DNA from: Eubacterium sp.
GTDB lineage: Bacteria; Bacillota; Clostridia; Oscillospirales; Acutalibacteraceae
Reading direction: 5' to 3'
NCBI GenBank assembly: GCA_022772725.1
Contig: JALEZT010000012.1
Location: 1-51,538 of the forward strand
Length of the DNA stretch: 51,538 nt
The translations under genes and the position numbers were made by a program. This document shows, one piece after another, positions 28,780-38,494 of the stretch. The notes beneath the pieces are model-generated. The model saw nothing but the letters and a program-made list of their open reading frames with translations, did no database searches and had not been told where the DNA came from. Numbering within the stretch: position 1 is the first letter of the stretch; each line of letters begins with the position of its first letter.

Positions 28780-30126
28780 TCAGCCGACAGTTAAATTCTC
28801 CTGCGGAAACTTTGAGTGCGTTTTGCGCGGAGACATTGCAGCAAAAACAAGCGTAAGTCCGCCGACTCTGCCTATAAACATAAGCAAAATAAGTATAAAG
28901 TGAGAAGCACCGGATAGGCTTGGAGTTATTCCGAGGGTAAGACCGACCGTTCCAACCGCCGAAGCCGCTTCAAAAAGGCAGGTTATAACGCTCATATTTT
29001 CAATAAGCGAAATTGCAAGACCGCCTGTTAAGAAAAGGGTTAGATAAATAATAAATATCGCGGCGGCGTTGCGCACCGTTTCGGCAGGTATTCTTCTGCC
29101 GTAGCCCTCCGCGTCGCCTCTGCGCCTGAAAACAGAAACGGCAGACATAAACACAACTGCAAGAGTTGTTGTTTTCATACCGCCTGCTGTTGAGCCCGGC
29201 GAGCCGCCTATCAGCATAAGCATAATTGTAACAAATCTGCTGACCTCGCTCATTGATGAATAATCAACCGTGTTAAAGCCTGCTGTTCTCGGCGTTACGG
29301 CTTGAAAAAGCGAAGCCCAAATCTTATCTCCCGCCGAAAGAGAGTCCCAAACGGGACGGGAAAATTCTGCGCAGTAAAAATATGCAAAGGCGATAATCAG
29401 CAAGGCGGCAGTAACCGTTAGTGAAATCTTGCTTTGAAGCCTGTATTTTTTAAAGCGAAGCTTATGCTTTCTCATATCGTCCCAGCTTAAAAAGCCGATA
29501 CCGCCGAAAACAATAAGAAATGTAACAACAATATTAATTAACGGGTTAGACTGAAAGGAGGTTAAGGAGGAAAACTTTTCCTTTGTGCCCATCAAATCAA
29601 AGCCTGCGTTGCAAAAGGCGGAAACAGAATGGAAAACGGAATACCAAATTCCCTTTAAAGGCCCAAACTCCTTAATGAAAGCAGGGGAAAGCAAAACGGC
29701 TCCCGTAATTTCCGTTAAAGCGGTTGTTGTTATAATAAATTTTGTTAATTTATTTATACCGCCGAGCGCCGGTGCGGAAATTGCCTCCTGCATAGTGCTT
29801 TTTTGCATAAGGCTCATACGCCTTCGTGCTATAAGAGCAAGAAGCGTTGCAACGGTCATAACGCCCATACCGCCTATTTGTATTAATATCAGTATGATTA
29901 TCTGCCCGAAAACAGACCAGTATGTTGCCGTGTCCTGCGTAACAAGTCCCGTTACGCAAACGGCGGAGGTTGCAGTAAACAATGCGTCCGAAAACGGAGC
30001 AGAGCCTGCGCCTCTTGTTGCAAGTGGGAGGCACAGAAGCAGGCTTCCCAAAAAAATTACCCCTGCAAAGCCTAAAATGATTATCTGAAACGAGGATAAT
30101 CTGAATTTTGATTTTTGTTTTTTCAA
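28780..30126 (-). CDS. trkH: Trk/Ktr potassium uptake membrane subunit
   Basis: ATSAVCVTGL, SAFCNAGF, PRTAGF, IGGSPGSTAGGMK, GTVGL, FIGRVG. Confidence 0.93.
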   Translation of the reverse strand: MKKQKSKFRLSSFQIIILGFAGVIFLGSLLLCLPLATRGAGSAPFSDALFTATSAVCVTGLVTQDTATYWSVFGQIIILILIQIGGMGVMTVATLLALIARRRMSLMQKSTMQEAISAPALGGINKLTKFIITTTALTEITGAVLLSPAFIKEFGPLKGIWYSVFHSVSAFCNAGFDLMGTKEKFSSLTSFQSNPLINIVVTFLIVFGGIGFLSWDDMRKHKLRFKKYRLQSKISLTVTAALLIIAFAYFYCAEFSRPVWDSLSAGDKIWASLFQAVTPRTAGFNTVDYSSMSEVSRFVTIMLMLIGGSPGSTAGGMKTTTLAVVFMSAVSVFRRRGDAEGYGRRIPAETVRNAAAIFIIYLTLFLTGGLAISLIENMSVITCLFEAASAVGTVGLTLGITPSLSGASHFILILLMFIGRVGGLTLVFAAMSPRKTHSKFPQENLTVG

Positions 30127-30152
30127 GAATAAAGCCCTCTTTTAGAGATGTG

Positions 30153-31112
30153 TTATTTATTCATTATTTTTGCGAATTGCTCATATTCCTTTTTATTATA
30201 GAAATAGCCGCTGTCCTTATCGGCAACGCCAAGCTCCTGCCACCATTCGTTTTTAAGCTTATCGTAAAGCTTTGAATAGGTGGGCTCGGCAAGCGTGTTT
30301 AAATTCCAAAGACTGAAATGAAGAGCGTAATTTATATAGTCCTTTTCAAGCTCCTTATAAATTCCCTCGTCAACAAGGCGCTGCTTGAGCGCTGTTAATG
30401 CGTGATAAAAGCAGTCCCAGGATTTTTCCCTTGTGTTTGAAAGGGAATCCTTGTTGTTTCTTCTTTGATGAGCAAGCACCTTGCCCTTTTCAACGCAGGC
30501 AATTTTTTTTGCAATTGCAACTGCGGAGAAAACAAAAAGCATATCGTTGCTTGTTCTTTGCTCCTGAAACCAAAGATTGTTTTTCAAAACAAATTCTCTG
30601 TTATAAAGCTTATCCCACGCCCAGCCGACGAAAACCTTGAAAACATTATCGGTCATTGAGCGTCTGCCAAACGGCTCATAGGGCGGAATTTCCGCATAGC
30701 GCAGAGTCCACGAAACATCTTTAAATTCCTTTGTTTCCTCATAATATTGGTCTGACTGAAAAACAACGAAATCCGCCTGAGTAGCCTCTGCCTTGTTGTA
30801 TGCCTCTTCAAGCATTTTTTCGTCAAAGAAATCATCGGAATCAAGAAAGGATAGGTATTTTCCCTTTGCTCTGCGAAGTCCGTTGTTTCTTGCGGCACCT
30901 GCTCCGCCGTTTTCCTGTGAAACGGCAATGAAGCGGCTGTCCTTCTCTGCAAATTCCTTAACAATTTCAAAGGAGGAATCTGTTGAGCCGTCGTCAACGC
31001 AGATAATTTCTATATCTTTAAGCGTTTGATTAGCAACGCTTTCAAGATTTTGCCTTAAATATTTTTCAACGTTATAAACGGGAATTATAACGGAAACCTT
31101 TATATCAGTCAT
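30153..31112 (-). CDS. Glycosyltransferase family 2
   Basis: VSVIIPVYNVEKYL, VDDGSTD, AARNNG, FLDSDD. Confidence 0.93.
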   Translation of the reverse strand: MTDIKVSVIIPVYNVEKYLRQNLESVANQTLKDIEIICVDDGSTDSSFEIVKEFAEKDSRFIAVSQENGGAGAARNNGLRRAKGKYLSFLDSDDFFDEKMLEEAYNKAEATQADFVVFQSDQYYEETKEFKDVSWTLRYAEIPPYEPFGRRSMTDNVFKVFVGWAWDKLYNREFVLKNNLWFQEQRTSNDMLFVFSAVAIAKKIACVEKGKVLAHQRRNNKDSLSNTREKSWDCFYHALTALKQRLVDEGIYKELEKDYINYALHFSLWNLNTLAEPTYSKLYDKLKNEWWQELGVADKDSGYFYNKKEYEQFAKIMNK

Positions 31113-32274
31113 TTTTCTGATATCCCTTTCTCATTTTGTTGATTTTTCTGTAAATCCTCTTGGCAAGCTTCTTAATTCTTACGGGGATATACATAATTGC
31201 TCTGCCCACTCTGTAAGACTTTGAACGCTTAATTTTGTCAAGCTCTGCCTTAACCTGCTTAAAGTTGTTGTTAAAGCTTGTGCTTCCGTTGTTCATAGGA
31301 AGTGCCTTAACCTTATAATAAACGGCAGGCTGATTGATAAGCAGATGAAGATTATCGCGCTCTGCGGCTGTGAAGAGCTCTTCGTCCATTTCGCCGAGGT
31401 CTCTTGCGCGCTTCATTTCCTTTGAAAAGCGGTTTACATAATCCTTTTTAAATTCGTTTGAAATTCTGCGAAGCGTTGCAACGCTGTTGTGAAAGCGTTT
31501 TAAGGTGTAATATGTTTTAAATCTCTCCCATGTTTCAGGATATTCCATAAGAACATCACGGATATGGTCGTATTCAACATTAATGCAGTAAATTTTCTGC
31601 ACATTTTTAACAGAGCTGTTTGGATTATCGCGCCTGTTCATATAATATGGCTTGTCTATAACCATACCTCTTTTTGCAAAAGCAAAGGTTTGAAACCAAA
31701 AGCCGTTGTCCTGGAAGGAGGCACCCGGTGTTTCGTTGTGGCGGATATTATATTCATCAAGAAAGCTCTTTTTGTAAATTCCGCTCCATGTGTTCATAAT
31801 AAAGCGGATTGCCTCGGGCGTTTGGCTCGGGTTGAAAACCTGATTATAATAGGTGTTTGTTCTGTCTAAATGATTATATGTTAAAAACATATCGCCGTTT
31901 GTTGCGCGCTCAAAGCGATAGAAATCCGCCTTAACAAAATCAAGGTCGTTTTCCTTTGCGATTTTATAAAGGTCGCCGAACATATTAACGGGAACGAAAT
32001 CGTCGGGCTCAACAATGCCGATATATTCGCCGGTTGCCTTTGACATACCGATATTCATTCCTATTCCGTAGCCGCCGTTTTCCTTATCAACAAGGATAAT
32101 GCGGTCGTCCTTTGCGGCATATTCTTTAAGAATATCAAGTGTGCCGTCGGTTGAGCCGTCGTTAATGCAGATAATCTCAATATCGCTGAGCGTTTGATTT
32201 GTTATGCTTTCCATACATTCAACAAGATAGGGCTCAACATTGTATGCAGGAACAATTATAGAAACCTTTGCCAT
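31105..32274 (-). CDS. Glycosyltransferase family 2
   Basis: VSIIVPAYNVE, INDGSTD, IVEPDD, TPGASFQD. Basic amphipathic C-terminus (SKSYRVGR). Confidence 0.92.
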   Translation of the reverse strand: MAKVSIIVPAYNVEPYLVECMESITNQTLSDIEIICINDGSTDGTLDILKEYAAKDDRIILVDKENGGYGIGMNIGMSKATGEYIGIVEPDDFVPVNMFGDLYKIAKENDLDFVKADFYRFERATNGDMFLTYNHLDRTNTYYNQVFNPSQTPEAIRFIMNTWSGIYKKSFLDEYNIRHNETPGASFQDNGFWFQTFAFAKRGMVIDKPYYMNRRDNPNSSVKNVQKIYCINVEYDHIRDVLMEYPETWERFKTYYTLKRFHNSVATLRRISNEFKKDYVNRFSKEMKRARDLGEMDEELFTAAERDNLHLLINQPAVYYKVKALPMNNGSTSFNNNFKQVKAELDKIKRSKSYRVGRAIMYIPVRIKKLAKRIYRKINKMRKGYQKND

Positions 32275-32285
32275 TTTTTGTCTCC

Positions 32286-33392
32286 TTAAAATTCGTTTTT
32301 AACCGCTTCAAGAGCAGATTCGATAACCTTGTCCATATCGTAATACTTGTATTTTCCGAGCCTGCCGCCGAAAATAACATTTTTTTCGCCCCTTGCAAGC
32401 TCCTCGTATTTTTGATAAAGAGCATTGTTTTCGTCATTGTTTATCGGGTAATACGGCTCAATGCCAACGCTCCATTCGGAGGAGTATTCCCTTGAAATAA
32501 CTGTGCCCTCGCCCGTGCCGAATTCAAAGTGCTTGTGCTCGATAATGCGTGTGTAGGGCACCTCTCTTTCGGTGTAATTAACAACGGCGTTGCCCTGATA
32601 ATTATCCGTGTCGGGCAGATATTCCGTTTCAAAGCGGACTGTTCTGTATTGCAAAGCGCCGTATTTGTAGCTGAAATATTCGTCTATATTGCCTGTGTAA
32701 ATTATCTTCATATCTGAAATATCGTTTTTGCTTTTGTAGTCCTCAAAGCTTGTTTCAAGCAAAACATCAATTCCGTCAAGCATTTTTTCAATAATTTTAG
32801 TGTAGCCGCCGATAGGGATTCCCTGGTATCTGTCGTTAAAATAGTTATTATCGTAGGTGTAGCGAACGGGAAGCCTTTTGATGATGAAGGAGGGAAGCTC
32901 TGTGCAGCTTCTGCCCCATTGCTTTTCCGTGTAGCCCTTAACGAGCTTTTCGTAAACATCCTTTCCAACCAGGGAAAGTGCCTGCTCTTCAAGGTTTTTC
33001 GGATTTTCAATGTGATACTGCGCCTTTTGCTCCTCAATAATTGCCTTTGCCTCGGCAGGAGTTTTTATTCCCCACATTTTTGAAAATGTGTTCATATTAA
33101 ACGGCAGGTTGTAAAGCTCGTCCTTATAAACGGCAACGGGGGAGTTGATATAATTATTAAACTCGGCAAAGCGGTTTATATATTCCCAAACCTCCTTGTT
33201 GCTCGTGTGGAAAATATGAGCGCCGTATTTGTGAACATTAATGCCGTGAACATTTTCGCAGTAAATGTTTCCGCCTATGTGATTTCTTTTTTCTATAACA
33301 AGGCATTTTTTGCCCCTTTTGCTTGCTTCGTAAGCGAATATTGAGCCGAAAAGTCCGCTTCCAACTATTAAATAATCGTATTTTTTACCCAT
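32286..33392 (-). CDS. glf: UDP-galactopyranose mutase
   Basis: VGSGLFG, HIGGN, HKYGAHIFHT, YTEKQWG, GGRLGKYKYYDMD. Confidence 0.97.
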   Translation of the reverse strand: MGKKYDYLIVGSGLFGSIFAYEASKRGKKCLVIEKRNHIGGNIYCENVHGINVHKYGAHIFHTSNKEVWEYINRFAEFNNYINSPVAVYKDELYNLPFNMNTFSKMWGIKTPAEAKAIIEEQKAQYHIENPKNLEEQALSLVGKDVYEKLVKGYTEKQWGRSCTELPSFIIKRLPVRYTYDNNYFNDRYQGIPIGGYTKIIEKMLDGIDVLLETSFEDYKSKNDISDMKIIYTGNIDEYFSYKYGALQYRTVRFETEYLPDTDNYQGNAVVNYTEREVPYTRIIEHKHFEFGTGEGTVISREYSSEWSVGIEPYYPINNDENNALYQKYEELARGEKNVIFGGRLGKYKYYDMDKVIESALEAVKNEF

Positions 33393-33406
33393 AGCGTTAA
33401 CCTCTT

Positions 33407-34537
33407 TTATTTGAATTTAAGTATTTTTTTGCCTATATCGTAAAGCCTGCTGTCTGCCGGAACAAGAGAGCTGATTTTCCGCGCAAGCCTGATTTTCAGC
33501 GTTTTTTCGGCGTTCCTTTTATAAAACTGCCTGTCTGCGTTTTCTTTTCTGTATTTAAACATTAAAAATTCGCAAAGCGTGTGTTCCTTAATGAAAAGCA
33601 TATCCTCGCGGTCGCCCTTAAAATAGCAGTAATCCTCTGCAATATGCTCATCAATTTTGAAATATTCAAAGCCTTCGTTTTTGATTTTATCATAAACGGC
33701 GTTCATTGAGGCTTCCTCGTTTTGAAGAAGTATGCTTCTTATTAAGCCGTTGTAAAGCCTGTTGTAAAAGCTTTGAAGTGCCGTTTCGGAAATGCCCTCT
33801 GCCGTGATTTTATCGTAAACGGCTTTATAAGCCTTGTATGCGCAAAGCGGGTCTGCGGAGGCCTTTCCCGTAACGCTTGACGAGTTGTTTGTTCTGTAAT
33901 TTATAAGCGGCTTCTGCGTGTAGGTTATTCTTTTTGCGTAATATGTTGCCGTTAAAACGAAATAGGTGTCGTTTGCGTGGCGCAGATTTTGAAATTGAAG
34001 AGAGTGCTCCTTTATGAAATCTGCTCTGAAAAGCCTTTGCCACGGAACATTTGAAGCCATATTGAAAATATACTGCGGGTGCGTTTCAATAGAAAAAACG
34101 CTTTCCTTCGGCAGAAATCTTCTTTTTAAAATTGCTTCGTCAATGCTTTTTTTATCGGAGCCGTCGTCAAAGGTGTAGGCGGCGCAAAGGCAAATATCCG
34201 CGTTTTCCTTTTCGCATTTGCCGTAAAGCGTTTCGAGCGCATCGAGCTCGAAATAATCGTCCGAATCCCAAAAGGCATAATATTTTCCGACTGCGCGGCT
34301 CATTCCGTTGTTTCTTGCCGCTCCTGCAAAAAGATTTTGCTGGGTTAAAACTGTTATGCGGCAGTCCTTTTTTGCATATTCGTTAAGGATTGAAACAGAG
34401 GAATCTGTTGAGCCGTCATCAACGCAGATGATTTCTATTTCTTTAAGCGTTTGATTAATAACGCTTTCAAGGCATTTTTTAAGATAGCGTTCTGCGTTAT
34501 AAACGGGAATTATAACGGAAACCTTAATATCATTCAT
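33407..34537 (-). CDS. Glycosyltransferase family 2
   Basis: VSVIIPVYNAE, VDDGSTD, AARNNG, FWDSDD. Confidence 0.93.
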   Translation of the reverse strand: MNDIKVSVIIPVYNAERYLKKCLESVINQTLKEIEIICVDDGSTDSSVSILNEYAKKDCRITVLTQQNLFAGAARNNGMSRAVGKYYAFWDSDDYFELDALETLYGKCEKENADICLCAAYTFDDGSDKKSIDEAILKRRFLPKESVFSIETHPQYIFNMASNVPWQRLFRADFIKEHSLQFQNLRHANDTYFVLTATYYAKRITYTQKPLINYRTNNSSSVTGKASADPLCAYKAYKAVYDKITAEGISETALQSFYNRLYNGLIRSILLQNEEASMNAVYDKIKNEGFEYFKIDEHIAEDYCYFKGDREDMLFIKEHTLCEFLMFKYRKENADRQFYKRNAEKTLKIRLARKISSLVPADSRLYDIGKKILKFK

Positions 34538-34581
34538 TGCGTTACCCTACCTACGCATAATATTCCACAATAATTTATTTT

Positions 34582-34610
34582 ATTATATATTATTATATTA
34601 TAGGTGTCAA
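34582..34610 (-). promoter_or_regulatory. Consensus sigmaA promoter of the GT2-glf operon
   Basis: Minus strand TTGACA-N17-TATAAT. Confidence 0.75.
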
Positions 34611-34709
34611 CAATAATACGGCTTCGGTTTTGTAAATTTTATTTGGTTGCTATTGCAGTTTGATTGTGTTAATATAGATATATGATGTTAAATTGATGAG
34701 GGGTAAGCT

Positions 34710-35882
34710 ATGGATATTACATCGGAATTCAAAAAAAGGTTTAACACCTCCGAGGAGCCGCTTTCTGTTTATTGTCCTTACAGAATTGCTCCCGTGGGTG
34801 CTCATTCGGATTATCAGCACGGTCTTATTTCCGGCTTTGCAATTAATCACGGAGTTGAAATAAAGTTTTTGCCTACCGAAAACGGCGAGGTTAAAATTTT
34901 CAGCGGAAATTTTGAAGGTGTTGCAGAGTTTTCGGCTTATGAGCTTCCGCAAAGAAGCTATGACTGGGGCGATTTTGCAAAGGCGGCTTTCGTTTCGCTC
35001 AAAAGAAAGCACAGAATTGAAAAGGGCTTAATCGGCTTTATTTACGGCAGTCTGCCCGTCGGCGGTCTTTCCTCGTCTGCGGCGGTGCTTATTTCGTATA
35101 TTTGCGCAATCTGCAAGATAAATGATATAACGCTGACAAGAGCGGAGCTTATTGATATCGCTCTTTATGCAGAGCACGATTATCTTGAAATGAATGTCGG
35201 CAAAATGGATCAAAGCTGCGAGGTTTATTCAAAAAAGGATCATCTGCTTTTCCTTGATACGCTTGATGATTCCTATAAGCTTATACCGACAAGCAGTGAT
35301 ATGCCGCCCTATGAATTTGCCGTTATCTTTTCGGGCAAGGAAAGGAAGCTTGCAAACACGGCGTTTAATTCAAGGGTTGATGAGGCAAAGGCGGCTTCCT
35401 TTGCTCTGCGTGCCTTTGCCGGAATACCTTACGGAAGCTTCAAGGATTCCTATATGCGCGATGTTCCGAAAGAGGTTTTTGACGAGCATAAGGATAAAAT
35501 TCCGCCTGCGTGGCGCAGAAGAGCCGAGCATTTTTACGGCGAGTTTGACCGTGTTCAGCGCGGCGCAAAAGCGTGGGAAAGCGGAAATATAGAGGAGTTC
35601 GGCAAAATAATGTTTGAGTCGGGATATTCCTCGATTTATAATTGGGAAACAGGCTCGCCCGAGCTGAAAACGCTTTATGAAATTATGCTTAAATGCGACG
35701 GCGTTTACGGCGGACGCTTCAGCGGAGCCGGCTTCAACGGTTCGTCAATTGCGCTGATAAATCCAAATAAAAGAGAGGAAGTCAGCGAATTTCTTAAAGA
35801 GGAATATTTAAAGGTTTATCCGCAGTATAAAAATGATTTTTCAATCCATTTCTGCAAAACGGCAGACGGAGTGGAGCTTTAA
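34710..35882 (+). CDS. GHMP-family anomeric sugar kinase (galactokinase family, galacturonokinase-like motifs)
   Basis: PVGGLSSSAA ATP motif, GKMDQ, GGRFSGAGF. The sugar-binding loop reads PYRIAPVGAHSDYQ. Confidence 0.85.
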   Translation: MDITSEFKKRFNTSEEPLSVYCPYRIAPVGAHSDYQHGLISGFAINHGVEIKFLPTENGEVKIFSGNFEGVAEFSAYELPQRSYDWGDFAKAAFVSLKRKHRIEKGLIGFIYGSLPVGGLSSSAAVLISYICAICKINDITLTRAELIDIALYAEHDYLEMNVGKMDQSCEVYSKKDHLLFLDTLDDSYKLIPTSSDMPPYEFAVIFSGKERKLANTAFNSRVDEAKAASFALRAFAGIPYGSFKDSYMRDVPKEVFDEHKDKIPPAWRRRAEHFYGEFDRVQRGAKAWESGNIEEFGKIMFESGYSSIYNWETGSPELKTLYEIMLKCDGVYGGRFSGAGFNGSSIALINPNKREEVSEFLKEEYLKVYPQYKNDFSIHFCKTADGVEL

Positions 35883-35899
35883 AAATTTATGATAATGCA

Positions 35900-35937
35900 A
35901 AAGCCGCAAAAGCATTTTTGCTTTTGCGGCTTTCTTT
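35900..35937. terminator. Bidirectional terminator
   Basis: AAAGCCGCAAAAGCA-TTTT-TGCTTTTGCGGCTTT between convergent genes. Confidence 0.85.
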
Positions 35938-35940
35938 ATA

Positions 35941-37830
35941 TTACTCGTAATGATATGCAAAAATCTGCGGTGCGTTTGATAATGCTATGCTGTAAACATA
36001 ATCTCCTGCAAAGGTGCATCTTTGTGTATATGAATAGCTTTGCGCGGCGTTATTTATAAAGGTGTTTGTTATTTTGATTTCGTCGTTTTCAACAGTAAAT
36101 GCGGCAACGCCTGTTTTTTGATTTTGTGAATCGTAAAAATTAACGGGAATTGCATAGTAGCCCTTTTCGTTATTAACGGCTATAGCCTTATGGGTGTACT
36201 GCGCTTCCGAATCAAAGCCGTCCAAAACCTGTGTGCTGATAATTTTTGGCTCGGCAGGACTTGATGCGTCAAACAAAACAAGCTTAATTCCGCTTCTGAC
36301 CTCGCCGTATTCGCTCTGCTCTGTTTCAAAGCCAATGCCTAAAATTCTGCCGTTTTCAAGCGGAATAAGCATACTTGAAAAGCCTGTTATTTCAACGCTT
36401 CCAAGCATTTTCGGCTCCTTCGGATTTGATAAATCAATAACAAAAAGCGGGTCTGTTTGCTTATATGTTATAACATAAGCGGTTTCTTTTGCAAAGCGAA
36501 CCGCCTCTATGTGCTCGCCCTTCGCAATGCCTGTTATACTGCCCGTTTCTTCTAAATTTTCATCAAGGATATAAACTGCGCTCTCGCTTTCTCCGCTATC
36601 ATCGGAATAGTCGGTAACTGCAATACGCAGATAGCCGTCATATTCGTCTAATGAAAACTGATTGTTAACCGTTCCGCTAACCTCTCCCTTTGCCGTTATT
36701 TTAAGCTCGTTCTCGCCGAGAGCTATTTTTATAATGTGCGTTTTTCCGTTGTTTATAAACGATAAGCTGTCTGCACGGTACAGAGCGGCAATGTCGTTTG
36801 ATGTGCTCTCAAAGCTTGTTATATATAAATTGCTTTCATTGCAGTAAACCTCGTCTGCTCCGCCGAAAAATGCTTTTGCAGACGCTGTTTTTTCGCCTGT
36901 TTCGGGGTTAAATGCGCTTACAACGGTGTATGATGCGGTAGAGGGCCTTCCCGTATAGTAAATATCCGTGCAGGGAATTGGCGAGGTTTTTGAGTTTTCC
37001 GAAATGCTCGGAATAACCTGTGAGCTATCGTAAAGATAACAGCCTGTGATAAGATAAATTCGTCCGTCAATCATACGCGAGGAGGAGTAATATCCGCTCT
37101 GATTGTATGAGCTTATCTCCCTTGGGCTCTCGGCGGCTGAAACATCAAATGATTGCGCAACCGTGCTTCCCTGTATAAAATCCTCCTCCTGTGAATAGGT
37201 ATAATTGTCATATATAACCGTTAAAATACCGTCGGCAAGATACATTTCGCTAATGTAGCCATTATCGTCAATATCAATAACGCCCGTTTGATACGGCTCA
37301 TCGCCGTTTGCCCTATAAATGTAAACGCTTGAATTATAGGCGTAATAGATATATTCTCCGTCTGTTTTTATAATGTCTGCCTCGTCAACATTTTCAACCT
37401 GCCTGTATGTTTCGGCGTGCGAGGAAGAGGAGGCTCCGTCGGAGGAAGGGGATTCCTCCGCAATCAAATTATCGCCCTTGAGATTTCCGTAGAGATTTCC
37501 GTACGAAAAAAGGGAAATGCGGTTGATTTTTGAAACATAGCCTTCAATTTCGTCATAGCTTTTAAACGACTGAATTTCGTTTGGCTCTGTTGAGCCTGTT
37601 CCCGTTTTTAAAATCCCTGAGGTCAGCAGGGCAAAAACAAGCACAAAGCACGCCGCACAAGAGGCAACTGCCTTTATCGGAAAACGCTTTTTGATTTTTA
37701 TAATTTTGTGCGCTTTTTTGCCTTCAATTTTATTTTTGATTTCGTTTTCGCTCAGCGAAGCAGGCGCTTCGGGTGCCTCGCTTTCAAATTTATTTTTTAT
37801 AAATTCAAAATTATTTTTATTATTTTTCAC
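35941..37830 (-). CDS. Putative anti-sigma factor with extracellular beta-propeller domain (Beta_propel-like)
   Basis: Short cytoplasmic N-terminus and one TM helix, then QVENVDEADIIKTDGEYIY, NQFSLDEYDGYLRIA, TYKQTDPLFVIDLS, ITGFSS. Lies directly downstream of the ECF sigma gene. Confidence 0.8.
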   Translation of the reverse strand: MKNNKNNFEFIKNKFESEAPEAPASLSENEIKNKIEGKKAHKIIKIKKRFPIKAVASCAACFVLVFALLTSGILKTGTGSTEPNEIQSFKSYDEIEGYVSKINRISLFSYGNLYGNLKGDNLIAEESPSSDGASSSSHAETYRQVENVDEADIIKTDGEYIYYAYNSSVYIYRANGDEPYQTGVIDIDDNGYISEMYLADGILTVIYDNYTYSQEEDFIQGSTVAQSFDVSAAESPREISSYNQSGYYSSSRMIDGRIYLITGCYLYDSSQVIPSISENSKTSPIPCTDIYYTGRPSTASYTVVSAFNPETGEKTASAKAFFGGADEVYCNESNLYITSFESTSNDIAALYRADSLSFINNGKTHIIKIALGENELKITAKGEVSGTVNNQFSLDEYDGYLRIAVTDYSDDSGESESAVYILDENLEETGSITGIAKGEHIEAVRFAKETAYVITYKQTDPLFVIDLSNPKEPKMLGSVEITGFSSMLIPLENGRILGIGFETEQSEYGEVRSGIKLVLFDASSPAEPKIISTQVLDGFDSEAQYTHKAIAVNNEKGYYAIPVNFYDSQNQKTGVAAFTVENDEIKITNTFINNAAQSYSYTQRCTFAGDYVYSIALSNAPQIFAYHYE

Positions 37831-37836
37831 ACTAAA

Positions 37837-38355
37837 TCACTCCAAATATTCTCTCATTTTCGCAAGGCTTCTTCTCAGCTTTGAGCGCACGGAGCCTGAG
37901 GTTAATGAGCTTATTTTTGCAATTTCTCTGCTTTTTAGGCCTCCCAAAACGGAAAGCAAAACAATGTCTCTTTCCTCCTCGGTCAGCTTTTCAAGGGCGA
38001 ATTTTAGCTCGCTTCTTTCAATATGCCTTTCGCCGCTTTCGGTATCGGGCAAAAGATTTTCTGCGGCTTCGCTTCTGCTTCGCCTTTCAATTTGCTCCTT
38101 GATTTGCGAGGAGCAGGCGCAGAAAAGAATGCGGAAAATCCAAGCGTTAAACGCCTCGGGGCGTTTGAGAGCTTTAATTTGCTCAAAGGCAGAAAGAACA
38201 CAGATTGAAACGGCGTCCTCTGCGTCCTCATAATTTCCGAGCTTATAGTAGGCATAGCGGAAAAGCCTGTCCTTGTATTCGCCGTAAAGCAGGCAAAAGG
38301 CGTCTGCGTCGCCGTTTTTTGCTTTTATAATCAGCTCTTTGTCTGCCATCTCCAT
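37837..38355 (-). CDS. ECF RNA polymerase sigma factor
   Basis: GDADAF, DAEDAV, FNAWIFRI (region 2). EIAKI...GSVRSKLRRS (region 4). Confidence 0.93.
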   Translation of the reverse strand: MEMADKELIIKAKNGDADAFCLLYGEYKDRLFRYAYYKLGNYEDAEDAVSICVLSAFEQIKALKRPEAFNAWIFRILFCACSSQIKEQIERRSRSEAAENLLPDTESGERHIERSELKFALEKLTEEERDIVLLSVLGGLKSREIAKISSLTSGSVRSKLRRSLAKMREYLE

Positions 38356-38407
38356 TCCTCCCTTGCAAAGCAGTAAATAAAAAAAACAATTGTCTCTTTA
38401 TTCTTTA

Positions 38408-38436
38408 AGTATAAATTATTTACGAAGGTGTTGCAA
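38408..38436 (-). promoter_or_regulatory. Candidate promoter of the ECF operon
   Basis: Minus strand TTGCAA-N17-TATACT. The -35 also reads TGCAAC, which is ECF-like. Confidence 0.4.
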
Positions 38437-38463
38437 TGAATTTTTATTTTCTTGAAAAAGTGT

Positions 38464-38491
38464 TGACTTTTTAAATACCTTGTGGTATATT
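38464..38491 (+). promoter_or_regulatory. feo operon promoter
   Basis: TTGACT-N16-TATATT with a TGn extension. Confidence 0.6.
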
Positions 38492-38494
38492 TTT

